From positions 32,001 through 96,000 of the forward strand of contig JANRIL010000044.1 in NCBI GenBank assembly GCA_033764955.1: a DNA stretch of 64,000 nucleotides. The letters are read 5' to 3'. This DNA comes from Cyanobacteriota bacterium (lineage in GTDB: Bacteria > Cyanobacteriota > Cyanobacteriia > Thermostichales > Thermostichaceae). Each line of letters begins with the position of its first letter. Position 1 is the stretch's first letter. The notes under the pieces were generated by a model that worked only from the letters and a program-made list of their open reading frames with translations, made no database searches and was not told the DNA's origin. Position numbers and translations under genes: made by a program. This document shows, piece after piece, positions 53,616 to 63,354 of the stretch.

Positions 53616-54803
53616 ATGTCGATGACTTCCGATTTTTCTTCCCCTTCCCCTCGCGCATCCCGTGAAGCAGAGCAAGCACTAGCCGCTGAAAGTCGGATCC
53701 CGTTAACGGGGTGGCAGCAGGAGGTGGATCGCGGATTGGCGCTGGGGTTAGAGGCGGCTGAGAGCATCAATGATCGCTCCATTCCCACTTTTTCACGCGG
53801 AGAATTGCCTCATTTTGCGGGCATCAATACCTTTCTGAAGGCTCCCTATTGTGAAGATGTGCGACAGGTGGGCAATTATGATGTAGCCGTCGTCGGGATC
53901 CCCCATGATTCCGGTACTACCTATCGACCGGGTACCCGTTTTGGCCCCCAAGGGATCCGCCGTATTTCTGCTCTCTACACCCCCTATAATTTTGAATTTG
54001 GAGTGGATTTAAGGGAGTCGATTACCCTCTGTGATGTAGGGGATGTTTTTACGATTCCTGCAAACAATGAGAAATCATTCGATCAAATTTCTAAGGGAGT
54101 TGCTCATATTTTTGGATCGGGAGCCTTCCCGATTATCTTGGGGGGGGATCACTCTATTGGATTTCCCACTGTGCGTGGGGTCTGTCGCCATTTGGGGGAT
54201 AAAAAGGTAGGCATTATTCACTTTGATCGGCATGTCGATACTCAAGAGACCGATTTGGATGAACGGATGCATACCTGCCCCTGGTTTCATGCCACCAATA
54301 TTAAGAATGCTCCTGCTCAGAACTTGGTGCAATTGGGAATTGGTGGTTGGCAGGTTCCCCGTCAAGGGGTAAAGGTTTGCCGAGAGCGAGCCAGCAATAT
54401 TTTGACGGTTACCGATATCACCGACATGGGGCTGGATGCAGCGGCTGATTTCGCTCTAGAACGAGCGATGGATGGTACGGATTGTGTCTACATTAGCTTT
54501 GATATTGATTGTATTGATGCCGGATTTGTGCCAGGGACAGGGTGGCCGGAACCGGGGGGACTGATGCCAAGAGAAGCTCTCTATTTGCTGAAAAAGATAG
54601 TCAGACATGCACCCGTTTGTGGTTTGGAGATAGTTGAGGTTTCTCCTCCTTATGACATCAGTGATATTACGTCTTTGATGGCAACCCGTGTTATTTGTGA
54701 CACCTTAGCCCATTTAGTTATTTCCGGTCAGCTACCCCGTTCATCAAAGCCAAGTTTTATTTACCCCGAGGCTCCCCCTGAAATGACTGGGGAATGGAGG
54801 TAG
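53616..54803 (+). CDS. gdmH: Ni-dependent guanidine hydrolase (agmatinase/arginase family)
   Basis: GGDHS, HFDRHVD, MHTCPW, SFDIDCID, PGTGWPEPGG, N-terminal extension; riboswitch, hypAB and ABC context as in the Synechocystis sll1077 operon. Confidence 0.93.
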   Translation: MSMTSDFSSPSPRASREAEQALAAESRIPLTGWQQEVDRGLALGLEAAESINDRSIPTFSRGELPHFAGINTFLKAPYCEDVRQVGNYDVAVVGIPHDSGTTYRPGTRFGPQGIRRISALYTPYNFEFGVDLRESITLCDVGDVFTIPANNEKSFDQISKGVAHIFGSGAFPIILGGDHSIGFPTVRGVCRHLGDKKVGIIHFDRHVDTQETDLDERMHTCPWFHATNIKNAPAQNLVQLGIGGWQVPRQGVKVCRERASNILTVTDITDMGLDAAADFALERAMDGTDCVYISFDIDCIDAGFVPGTGWPEPGGLMPREALYLLKKIVRHAPVCGLEIVEVSPPYDISDITSLMATRVICDTLAHLVISGQLPRSSKPSFIYPEAPPEMTGEWR

Positions 54804-54808
54804 GGTTT

Positions 54809-55195
54809 ATGCATGAAACCGATATGACTCGCGCCTTGATCGTAACCGTAAAAGACTGGATGGAAGCACAATCCCAACCCATTCGGATTACCCATGTTCA
54901 CCTAATCGTGGGACAGTTTACCTGTGTAGAGCCTGTCAGCCTTCAATTTAGTTATTACCATCAAACTATCGGCACCTTTTTAGAGGGATCCCAATTGGTT
55001 ATTCAAGAGGTTCCTCTTGTGGCCTTTTGTCATCCGTGCCAGCAAACCTATCTACCTCAAATCGGATCCCGCTATGCTTGTCCAAGTTGTGGGAGTGCAA
55101 TGGAAGATATCCGATCGGGACGAGAGCTAAAAATTGATCGGATTGAATATCAGCCTAATCAGCCATTAGAGGTTATCTATGCATCAAACTTTTGA
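54809..55195 (+). CDS. hypA: Nickel metallochaperone HypA (GhaA-type)
   Basis: MHE N-terminus, two CxxC, SGRELKI. Confidence 0.93.
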   Translation: MHETDMTRALIVTVKDWMEAQSQPIRITHVHLIVGQFTCVEPVSLQFSYYHQTIGTFLEGSQLVIQEVPLVAFCHPCQQTYLPQIGSRYACPSCGSAMEDIRSGRELKIDRIEYQPNQPLEVIYASNF

Positions 55196-55886
55196 AGCCG
55201 CGATCGGATCGAATCTACTCCATGCTAATCAACATTTAGCCGCTCATAATCGGGCTAATTTTGATGCCTGGGAACTCATTTGTTTGAACCTAATGAGTGG
55301 TCCTGGAGCTGGTAAAACTTCTCTTTTAGAACGGACATTGGCAGAATTAGTCGGTACCCTTGATGTTGCTGTCATTGAGGGAGATATGACTACACAATTG
55401 GATGCCGAACGTCTACGAAAATATGGATTTCCTGTGATTGCTATTAATACGGGACGAGCCTGTCACCTGGATGCAAAAATGGTAGCAGGTGGGTTAGTTC
55501 AACTGCAAAATTATGCTGACCCTAAACTGATTGATTTGTTGCTGGTTGAAAATGTTGGTAATCTGGTTTGCCCTGCTGAGTTTGAGGTGGGAGAACATGC
55601 CAAAGTGGCTTTGTTAAGTATCACAGAAGGCGAGGATAAACCCCTGAAATATCCGATTATGTTTCAAGCCGCTGACTGTGTATTGATCACCAAAATTGAC
55701 TTGGCTCCCTATCTAGAAATTGATTTGGAACGGATAAAGTCTCACATTCAAGAAGTTAATCCTCACGTTCCAATTATTCAAGTTTCATCCCGTAGCGGAG
55801 TTGGTTTGGAAGACTGGTTAGATTGGATTTTATACAAAATTACTAGTCGATCCCAGCTATCTACTTTTGCCCAAGTCGCTTGCTAA
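55179..55886 (+). CDS. hypB: Nickel-insertion GTPase HypB (GhaB-type)
   Basis: [37 protein letters not shown]. Confidence 0.94.
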   Translation: MHQTFEAAIGSNLLHANQHLAAHNRANFDAWELICLNLMSGPGAGKTSLLERTLAELVGTLDVAVIEGDMTTQLDAERLRKYGFPVIAINTGRACHLDAKMVAGGLVQLQNYADPKLIDLLLVENVGNLVCPAEFEVGEHAKVALLSITEGEDKPLKYPIMFQAADCVLITKIDLAPYLEIDLERIKSHIQEVNPHVPIIQVSSRSGVGLEDWLDWILYKITSRSQLSTFAQVAC

Positions 55887-55913
55887 GTATTACTGATTTT
55901 TGGAGGAAAGAAT

Positions 55914-56936
55914 ATGAACCTTAGGTATGGAATGAAACGCTGGATCCCTTGGCTGCTAACCTGTACATGTGGAATGGCAATGTTACTTCTCCTTTGGAGT
56001 GGGGGAGTTTCTCAAGCTGCTGATCCGATTGTGATTGGTTATAGTAATTGGGCTGGCTGGTGGCCTTGGGCAATTGCTGAAGAAGAGAAACTTTTTGAGA
56101 AGAATGGAGCCAATGTGGAGATGCGTTGGTTTGATGGCTATCTTGCTTCTATGGAAGCTTTTGCCGCAGGCCAACTGGATGGGAATTGCCAGACGCTCAA
56201 CGATACCATTTCTTTTGCCGCTGATGCAGTTAATGGAGAAGTCGTTGTTTTGGTCAATGATAATTCAGCCGGAAATGACAAGATTATTGTGGCTGAAGGA
56301 ATCAACACAATTCAAGATCTAAAGGGCAAAAAAGTTGCCGTGGAAGAAGGGGTTGTGGATGATTTCTTGCTCTCATTAGGGCTGCAAAAGGCTGGTATGA
56401 CTCGTAGTGATGTAGAAATTGTTCCCTTGGAAACTGGAGCAGCGGCGGCGGCTTTTGTTGCGGGTCAAGTGGATGCGGTTGGAGCTTTCCCGCCTTTTTG
56501 GGCTACAGCTTTGGAGCGAGAAGGTAGCAAAGAGCTGTTTTCTTCGGCTGAATTTCCGGGAGCGATCCCCGATTTACTGGTGGTTAGTCAAAAGCTGATT
56601 GATGAACAGCCCGAACAAGTTCAGGCTCTAATCAAAACTTGGTTTGATACGTTGCAGTTCATGAAGGATAATCCTGAAAAATCAGATCAAATCATGGCTA
56701 AGCGAGCTGGAGTTACTCCTGAAGAATTGAAGTTATTTAAGGATGGAACTCGCTTTTTTTCTGTGCAAGATAATCTGGAGGCATTTAGCCCTGGAGATAA
56801 TATGAAGCACATGCCTTATGCTGCTCAAGTCATGACAGATTTTATGGTGAGTGTTGGATTCATTGAAAAGGGTCCGGATCTGAGCAAAATTTTTAATGAC
56901 ACCTTTATCAAAGCCTATGCAGAAAGCCTACCATAA
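55914..56936 (+). CDS. ABC transporter substrate-binding protein (NitT/TauT family, probably guanidine)
   Basis: Signal peptide, GYSNWAGWWPW, DNSAGND, IPDLLV. Confidence 0.88.
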   Translation: MNLRYGMKRWIPWLLTCTCGMAMLLLLWSGGVSQAADPIVIGYSNWAGWWPWAIAEEEKLFEKNGANVEMRWFDGYLASMEAFAAGQLDGNCQTLNDTISFAADAVNGEVVVLVNDNSAGNDKIIVAEGINTIQDLKGKKVAVEEGVVDDFLLSLGLQKAGMTRSDVEIVPLETGAAAAAFVAGQVDAVGAFPPFWATALEREGSKELFSSAEFPGAIPDLLVVSQKLIDEQPEQVQALIKTWFDTLQFMKDNPEKSDQIMAKRAGVTPEELKLFKDGTRFFSVQDNLEAFSPGDNMKHMPYAAQVMTDFMVSVGFIEKGPDLSKIFNDTFIKAYAESLP

Positions 56937-56986
56937 TAATAGTCAGTGAGCAGGACAAAAGGATGATATTAAGAGGATCCTAACCG

Positions 56987-57814
56987 ATGAAAAATGCCAC
57001 TCAAGCCTCTCCCGGTCATCAGCAAACCTTAAGTCCTACGGTTTTCTGGCGAATTGCCGAAGATATTCCAAAATCACTCCAGATTACGCTAAGCATTCTT
57101 TCTGTTTGTTTGCCATTTTTGGTATGGTTTGTAATTTCTTTGATGGTGAACTCTAAGTTTTTACCTTCTCCCTGGCAAGTGGTTTTGGCATTGGGTAATC
57201 TCTGGGAGTCGGGTTACCTACTTAAAGATACATTCATGAGCTGTTTGAGGGTGGGCTTAGGCTTCCTTTTGGCGGCTATGGTTGCTATTCCGATTGGATT
57301 AGCTATGGGATCCTTTGCCAGCATCCGTGCTCTTTTAGAGCCAATGGTGGGGATATTTCGCTATATGCCAGCACCCGCCTTTATTCCTTTATTGATTATT
57401 TATCTAGGGTTGGATGAAACGCCTAAAATTACCCTGATTTTTATTGGCACAGTCTTCTTTAATGTTCTGATGATTATGGATGCCGTTAAATTTGTTCCCA
57501 AAGATCTGATTGAGGCAACCTATACTCTGGGCGGAAAACGATCTCAGGTGCTTTTCCAGGTAATTACTCCGCATGTCATTCCCAGCATTTTAGATACCCT
57601 GCGGGTGAATATGGCAACATCCTGGAGTTTGGTGATGGTGGCTGAGCTAGTAGCGGCTAATGAAGGGTTGGGAAAACGAATTCAGTTAGCTCAGCGATTC
57701 TTCAAGACGGATGAAATTTTTGCCTGTTTGATTGTTTTGGGTTTGATTGGTTTTTTATTGGATGTTGGTCTGCAAGCCATGCTTCGTCTCACTTGCAGGT
57801 GGGCGGTGGACTAA
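56987..57814 (+). CDS. ABC transporter permease (NitT/TauT family)
   Basis: FLPSP, RYMPAPAFIPL, EATYTLG, AELVAA..GLG. Confidence 0.9.
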   Translation: MKNATQASPGHQQTLSPTVFWRIAEDIPKSLQITLSILSVCLPFLVWFVISLMVNSKFLPSPWQVVLALGNLWESGYLLKDTFMSCLRVGLGFLLAAMVAIPIGLAMGSFASIRALLEPMVGIFRYMPAPAFIPLLIIYLGLDETPKITLIFIGTVFFNVLMIMDAVKFVPKDLIEATYTLGGKRSQVLFQVITPHVIPSILDTLRVNMATSWSLVMVAELVAANEGLGKRIQLAQRFFKTDEIFACLIVLGLIGFLLDVGLQAMLRLTCRWAVD

Positions 57815-57911
57815 CTGAACTTCGATTCTAAGTCAAAAAAACTAAAGTTAATAGGTAGAAAAAATCAATGACAGACAAGCTTGCTTGATAACACTATCTG
57901 GAATTTTGATT

Positions 57912-58691
57912 ATGCATTTAGAAGTTATTCACTTATATAAGCAATTTTTAACCCGTCAAGGGTCAATGGTGGTGCTAGAAGACATTAACCTGCATGTGGA
58001 AACTGGAGAATTCGTCTGTGTGGTGGGAGCTTCTGGTTCTGGCAAAACCACATTGTTGAGGATCATGGCTGGACTGGAGCTACCTAGTAGTGGTCACGTC
58101 ATAGTGGATGGGGAAAAAGTATTTGGTCCTGGCTCCGATCGAGGGGTTGTTTTTCAAGCCTACACTCTTTATCCCTGGATGACGGTCGCGGATAATGTTG
58201 GGTTTGGTCTCAAGCTACAAGGGATCCCTCGTGCAGAACGGCAACATCAAGTGGCTTATTATCTGGAGGTCGTTGGCCTAGCTCCTTTCGCGAAATCATT
58301 GCCGAAAGAGCTATCTGGCGGCATGAAACAACGAGTTGCTATTGCCCGTGCCCTAGCCGCTCAACCCAAAATCCTGTTGTTAGATGAGCCGTTTGGAGCA
58401 CTTGATATTCAAACCAAAATGAATATGCAAGAATTTTTACTGGATCTTTGGCAACGAACTGGCACCAGTATTTTTATGATTACTCATGATGTAGAAGAGG
58501 CCGTTTATTTGGCTCAACGAATTTATGTTTTAGGTGCTTGTCCTGGCAAGGTCAAACAAGAGATAAAACTAGACTTTCCCGTACAACGGGACTATCAGCT
58601 CAAGCGTTCTCATAAATTTCAAGACTACAAAGATCAAATTATGGATTTGTTGCGCGGGATCCCTCAACAGCAGGTATCCTCCCCTGGTTAA
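57912..58691 (+). CDS. ABC transporter ATP-binding protein (NitT/TauT family)
   Basis: GASGSGKT, LSGGMKQR, LDEPFGALD, ITHDVEEA. Confidence 0.92.
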   Translation: MHLEVIHLYKQFLTRQGSMVVLEDINLHVETGEFVCVVGASGSGKTTLLRIMAGLELPSSGHVIVDGEKVFGPGSDRGVVFQAYTLYPWMTVADNVGFGLKLQGIPRAERQHQVAYYLEVVGLAPFAKSLPKELSGGMKQRVAIARALAAQPKILLLDEPFGALDIQTKMNMQEFLLDLWQRTGTSIFMITHDVEEAVYLAQRIYVLGACPGKVKQEIKLDFPVQRDYQLKRSHKFQDYKDQIMDLLRGIPQQQVSSPG

Positions 58692-58757
58692 CAAGCTTAG
58701 GGATCCCTGACGTGCTGAAGGCGATGTTCAGTAGTGGTGTTAGACTCATTTCACAAA

Positions 58758-59222
58758 ATGCACCATTCTTCTATGAAAGCTCCTGACTCTCAACCAACCA
58801 TTCAACTGACTGAAGTCTCCAAGGCTGTCGCTGCTCTGGGTATTGGTGCTACCGCCGGAGCTGGAGCATCAGCCCTCGTAGGCGGTATGGGTTTGGTGGT
58901 TGCGGGCACAGCAGTGGGTATTGGCATGGCTCCAGTGGCCGCAGCGGGCGCTGTGGTTGGTACAGCCATGTATGGGGTGAAGACCGCTATTGCACAGAAA
59001 GATGTCAATGCTTGGGGAGCTGCTACCCTGGGATTGGGAGCCGGAGCAGGGCTTTCAGCAGTTGTGGGAGGCATGGGTTTAGCCGTTGCAGGTACAGCCG
59101 TTGCGGTCACTATGGCTCCGGTTGCTGCTGCTGGAGCGGTAGTCGGGCTGGCAGGGTATGGAGTTTCTAAGCTTTTTCAGAAGGAAAAGCATGAAAGCCA
59201 AGGTAACTCATATAATAACTAA
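58758..59222 (+). CDS. Glycine/alanine-zipper hydrophobic protein with internal duplication
   Basis: Two copies of GAGxSAxVGGMGLxVAGTAVxxxMAPVAAAGAVVG; start 58734, 58758 or 58773. Confidence 0.7.
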   Translation: MHHSSMKAPDSQPTIQLTEVSKAVAALGIGATAGAGASALVGGMGLVVAGTAVGIGMAPVAAAGAVVGTAMYGVKTAIAQKDVNAWGAATLGLGAGAGLSAVVGGMGLAVAGTAVAVTMAPVAAAGAVVGLAGYGVSKLFQKEKHESQGNSYNN

Positions 59223-59237
59223 GCATGATACCTAAAA

Positions 59238-59654
59238 ATGGCAACTAAAAAGAAAGAAAAGCCTCATTTTTTGCAACAAGTTGTGAGAGCAGCTATTCGA
59301 GGTGGTATTCGACAGATCAACCAACAGATCAATGAAATTATTGCTGATCCCCAGATCAGCACCCCTGTTCAAGGGAGTGAGGCGTGGTATCGAGACAAGT
59401 TGGCAAAAAAGCTGAAAGGACAGGTTGAGGTTGTTACCCCATCTGGCAGGATAGATATTCTTACGGATCGGGAAGTGATTGAAGTAAAAAAAGCTAGTAA
59501 TTGGAAGGCAGCTATCGGTCAAATCCTTGTTTATGGAAGAAATTACCCTAACCATAAAAAGAGGATTCACTTATTCGGTGAATTAACAAAAAATGATCTG
59601 AAAAAAATAAAAGAAGAATGTAACGCATTTGGAATCCTCCTCACTTGGGAGTAA
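59238..59654 (+). CDS. Small PD-(D/E)XK-like nuclease domain protein
   Basis: E..GRIDILT..VIEVK...WKAAIGQILVY signature. Confidence 0.65.
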   Translation: MATKKKEKPHFLQQVVRAAIRGGIRQINQQINEIIADPQISTPVQGSEAWYRDKLAKKLKGQVEVVTPSGRIDILTDREVIEVKKASNWKAAIGQILVYGRNYPNHKKRIHLFGELTKNDLKKIKEECNAFGILLTWE

Positions 59655-59690
59655 TTCAATAGAATCTACTATCTCAAAAATCAGTCAATC

Positions 59691-60491
59691 ATGAGAAACT
59701 TCCATTTCCATATTGTGGCTGCCATGAGCTGTATTTTGCTGAATTCAACTGCTCAAGCAACTCCATCAAGTGCTGAATGGATCCGAATTAATCTTGAATT
59801 AGATTCTCTAGAACCTCAAGCAGGCAATCCAAAAAAATATTCTCATGACATGCAAAAATTTAATGCTTTCTGTGCCAAACAGATAGAGGATTATCTGATT
59901 GATGGTGGAGATATTCACACTAAGACTAAAGATGCATTAACTCCATTGCACAAGGCAGTGGATTGTCGCTCATTCTCCATGGTAGAGACGCTGCTACAAA
60001 TGGGTGCAGATATTAATGCACTAGATCATTATCAGAAGCCTCCTCTAACTTTGTAGATGGAGATTGTAGATGGAGATAGGAAATTCTCTGAAAGAATGGC
60101 GGCCTACTTAATCGCTAACGGATCAAAGTTTGATTTTTATGGAGACGATCAATCCCTACTACATGTGGCTGTGAGTTGCCAGCAAGAGCAAACTGTTAGA
60201 CAGCTTCTAGAACTGGGGATCCTAGCTAATATCCGAGACTACCGAGGAGCGACCCCACTTCATCATTTTCCTAAAAATTTAGTCCTCTCACCCCTAAACT
60301 CAACTCAGTACGAAGCTATCGTTAGGAGCCTAGTGGATGCAGGTGCCGATATTCATGCTCATGATAACGATGGATTAACTCCTCTGGCTACCTTGCTTCA
60401 AGCTATGGAGGTGTCCTATTTCACTGCCGAGGACAAACAGAGCTTTGGAAAAATGATGGATATCTTGAAAAAATATGGGGCTACTCAGTAA
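59691..60491 (+). pseudogene. Secreted ankyrin-repeat protein interrupted by one in-frame TAG (60054-60056)
   Basis: Signal peptide (AQA-TP); TPLHKAV..GADIN, KPPLTL*MEIV, SLLHVAV, TPLHH, GADIH..GLTPL all in one frame. Confidence 0.75.
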
Positions 60492-60613
60492 AGCTAAGTC
60501 CTTTTGGGTGGGTCAACAAGCTCACGATTCCTCCAGCTCGAACCGATTATAGCCATCAGCTAAGTATCTGGCTTGGCACGGTTTGATTGTTCAGAAGGTT
60601 GTCCTAAAAGGGG

Positions 60614-61543
60614 CTAGTTCTCCCGTTTGATCGCGCTCTCGTGCCAACTGCCTAGCATTCGGTCAGAAAATATTGTCATCACGACAAAGATCACTACCCC
60701 CAAAGCAGTTGTCAAAAATAAGGCGGCAAACATGCGGGGGACTTGTAGATTAAAGCTGGAGATCAAAATTTGATAGGCAATGCCCGCCTTTTGTCCCCCG
60801 GTGCCCGCCACAAACTCAGCCACCACCGCCCCAATCAGAGAGAGTCCACCACTGATGCGTAACCCCCCCAGAAAATAGGGCATAGCACTGGGTAAGCGCA
60901 GGTAGAGCAGGGTTTGCCAACGATTGGCTTTGTAAAGCTGGAAGAGGTTGATCAGGTTGTGATCGGCACTGTTGAGACCAAGGGTGGTGTTGGACAAAAT
61001 CGGGAAAAAGGCCACAATCCAAGCGCAGACCACCATAGCTGCTAGAGCATTATTCCGCAACCAAATGATAATCAGGGGGGCAATCGCCACAATCGGCGTG
61101 GTTTGTAAAATCACGGCATAGGGGAAAAAGCTGCGTTCAATCCATTTGCTTTGGGTAAAAAGAATAGAAATTAATAGTCCTGACGACACCGCCACCCCAA
61201 AGGCCAGCAGGGTAATCTGAATCGTAATCAGCAAAGAAGGCCACAGATCGCCCCATTCCTCGATCAGGGTCTTAAACACCAAAATTGGCCCCGGCAGTAG
61301 ATAGGGTGGGATCCCCGTTATCCGCACCGCTACCTCCCATCCCACCAAAAACAGGATGCCGACAATCGCGGGAGCCACCACCTCCAGGGACAAGAAGCGC
61401 CGCCACCCGATAGCAGCTCCAAAGGAGAGAGCAGGGGATCCCTCTTCTGAGAGTCCGACAGCCGAGGAGAAACTTGCTTTTCCGGTTCTGAGGAGGCTAG
61501 AGAGGATGCCGCCCCCCAGAGCCATCAGTTGCCGTAGATTCAT
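60614..61543 (-). CDS. ABC transporter permease (NitT/TauT family)
   Basis: LLPGP, QTTPIVAIAPL, LRLPSAMP, GAVVAEF; start uncertain. Confidence 0.88.
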   Translation of the reverse strand: MNLRQLMALGGGILSSLLRTGKASFSSAVGLSEEGSPALSFGAAIGWRRFLSLEVVAPAIVGILFLVGWEVAVRITGIPPYLLPGPILVFKTLIEEWGDLWPSLLITIQITLLAFGVAVSSGLLISILFTQSKWIERSFFPYAVILQTTPIVAIAPLIIIWLRNNALAAMVVCAWIVAFFPILSNTTLGLNSADHNLINLFQLYKANRWQTLLYLRLPSAMPYFLGGLRISGGLSLIGAVVAEFVAGTGGQKAGIAYQILISSFNLQVPRMFAALFLTTALGVVIFVVMTIFSDRMLGSWHESAIKREN

Positions 61544-61598
61544 AACTGCGTCCTTTCCTTGGCTGGATAGAAGCTCATCTGGATGGGCGGAAATAAAA

Positions 61599-62405
61599 TT
61601 AGGCAACGCGGCTACTGCTGACTCGCCGCAGATGGTGATCAGTGCCTGACATGGCGGCTGACAGTTGGGCAGACACCTCACGGCAATATTGGTTGTAGAG
61701 GGTGGTTGTGCGAAAGTCTTCTGTGCGGGGATAGCTAGCATCAATCCCCAAGTCAGCCACCACTCGCCCTGGACGAGCTGCCATCACCACAACCCGATTA
61801 GAGAGATAAACCGCCTCATAAATATTATGAGTCACAAAAATAACCGTCCATTGTTTCTGTTGCCACAGATCCAGAAGATCGCTGTTGAGTTTGCTGCGGG
61901 TGATTTCATCGAGTGCCCCAAACGGTTCATCCATCAATAAAACATCCGGCTTAGTAACAAGGGCGCGGGCAATCGATACCCGCATTTTCATACCCCCCGA
62001 CAATTCCCGTGGAAAACACCGTTCAAATCCTCGCAATCCCACGAGATCCAAAGCTTCTAGCACATCCCCTTGAGAGGTTTGTTTCGGGATCCCGGCTAGC
62101 TTGAGGGGCAAGCGCACATTTTCCATCACCGTGGCCCAAGGCATGAGGGCCGGCTCTTGAAAAACAAAGGCTAGCTTGCCGGGGTTGGTGGTGGCGGATC
62201 CCTCTCCCCAGCTAATGTTGCCACTGGTCATGTTGCCCAATCCAGCAATGATCCGTAAAACTGTGCTTTTGCCGCAGCCAGAAGGCCCCACCAAACTGAC
62301 AAATTGGGATCCCTGAATAACCATGTTCATATCCTGCAAAGCCAGAGTTCCGTTGGAATAGACCTTGCTGACATGGGAGAGGGTAATCGCAGGCTTGGGC
62401 TTCAT
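61599..62405 (-). CDS. ABC transporter ATP-binding protein (NitT/TauT family)
   Basis: GPSGCGKS, LSGGMKMR, MDEPFGALD. Confidence 0.92.
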   Translation of the reverse strand: MKPKPAITLSHVSKVYSNGTLALQDMNMVIQGSQFVSLVGPSGCGKSTVLRIIAGLGNMTSGNISWGEGSATTNPGKLAFVFQEPALMPWATVMENVRLPLKLAGIPKQTSQGDVLEALDLVGLRGFERCFPRELSGGMKMRVSIARALVTKPDVLLMDEPFGALDEITRSKLNSDLLDLWQQKQWTVIFVTHNIYEAVYLSNRVVVMAARPGRVVADLGIDASYPRTEDFRTTTLYNQYCREVSAQLSAAMSGTDHHLRRVSSSRVA

Positions 62406-62643
62406 GAAATCAGCATCCTAAACAAGGACAGTGCCTTTAGTCTAGAACATTCCTCTCTGACAAAAAGCGCCCCAGATAACCAGAAGGGATCCCCATTACC
62501 CCCTAACTCCACCTCCCCTCCAGCAAGATTATCTGAGATCATCGGAGATACAGTGGGACTTCAAGCCGAACAGCAGGCAAAAGGGAGAGGGAATGGGGGG
62601 ATCCTCAAAAGGGAAGGGAAAGGGAAGGGATTGCCCAGCCAGC

Positions 62644-63207
62644 CTAGGAGTTAGCTGGGGTTGCCATTTCCGGATCCACCTGTCTGAGGGGCTTTTGCCC
62701 AGAGGTGGTCGTGGCTAAGTGTTGGCTCAACTGTTGGCTAGCTAACTGCTGATCGATCCATGCGGCGAGCAGATAATCCAACGAAAACAACCCCCCCCCG
62801 TTCATGGCAAAAGCAAGAAAGCAAGCGGCATACAAACTGGATAGCTCCAGATAGGGAATATTAAAGCCGGCCACCTTGACATGGTGGAAAATCGCCACTG
62901 CCATCGTGCTAAACAAAGCCAGCCCTGCTGGACGAACCCACAACCCCAAGGCCAGTAAGGGAGCTGCCAATAGCTCGGTATAAGCCGCCAAATAGGCAAA
63001 AAACACAGGGTAGGGTAAACCAATCACCTCTACATAGGCGGTGGCAAATCCCTGAATATCTTCCAATTTGTCCAGGCCATTGTGGATCATCACCAAGCCC
63101 GCGACCACTCGCAACAGCAACCAGCCCCAATGAGAGACAGAAAGGGGCACACTATCAAACTTCAACAGGTAAGTTAGCCACGTTAGGGATCTCTGAAAAA
63201 GTGTCAT
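62644..63207 (-). CDS. DoxX family membrane protein
   Basis: LLRVVAG.MIHNG..KL, AAYTE, E....Y, GGGLFSLD. Confidence 0.88.
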   Translation of the reverse strand: MTLFQRSLTWLTYLLKFDSVPLSVSHWGWLLLRVVAGLVMIHNGLDKLEDIQGFATAYVEVIGLPYPVFFAYLAAYTELLAAPLLALGLWVRPAGLALFSTMAVAIFHHVKVAGFNIPYLELSSLYAACFLAFAMNGGGLFSLDYLLAAWIDQQLASQQLSQHLATTTSGQKPLRQVDPEMATPANS

Positions 63208-63229
63208 GGTAGGTACTCGCCAATGCAAT

Positions 63230-63266
63230 CATGTAAACCAATGTAACTTTTCCAAAGAAATGTAAC
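63230..63266 (-). promoter_or_regulatory. HLR1 (RpaB)-like direct repeats upstream of doxX
   Basis: Minus strand GTTACATT-GG-TTTACATG (63247-63230) plus a further GTTACATT at 63266-63259. Confidence 0.55.
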
Positions 63267-63354
63267 AATCCTGATTGGGCAAGTTTATCTAAACAATTGG
63301 CCGATTGGCAGCCATTCAATCGGCAGCCATCCCAAAGGTGGTGAGTTGTGGGGG

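Noticed and set aside
54809..55886. hypA/hypB as evidence for a hydrogenase locus
   Set aside because: No hydrogenase genes here; their position within the gdmH operon indicates nickel delivery to guanidine hydrolase
19307..55886. Single nickel-metabolism island linking larC/larE with gdmH-hypAB
   Set aside because: About 30 kb of unrelated core genes separate them
58802..59110. Antisense Pro/Thr/Ala-repeat ORF
   Set aside because: Mirror of the Gly/Ala/Val-rich sense gene; the sense frame fits the operon spacing
60492..60613. Search for a second attC site after the ankyrin gene
   Set aside because: No R''-L''...L'-R' arrangement could be built
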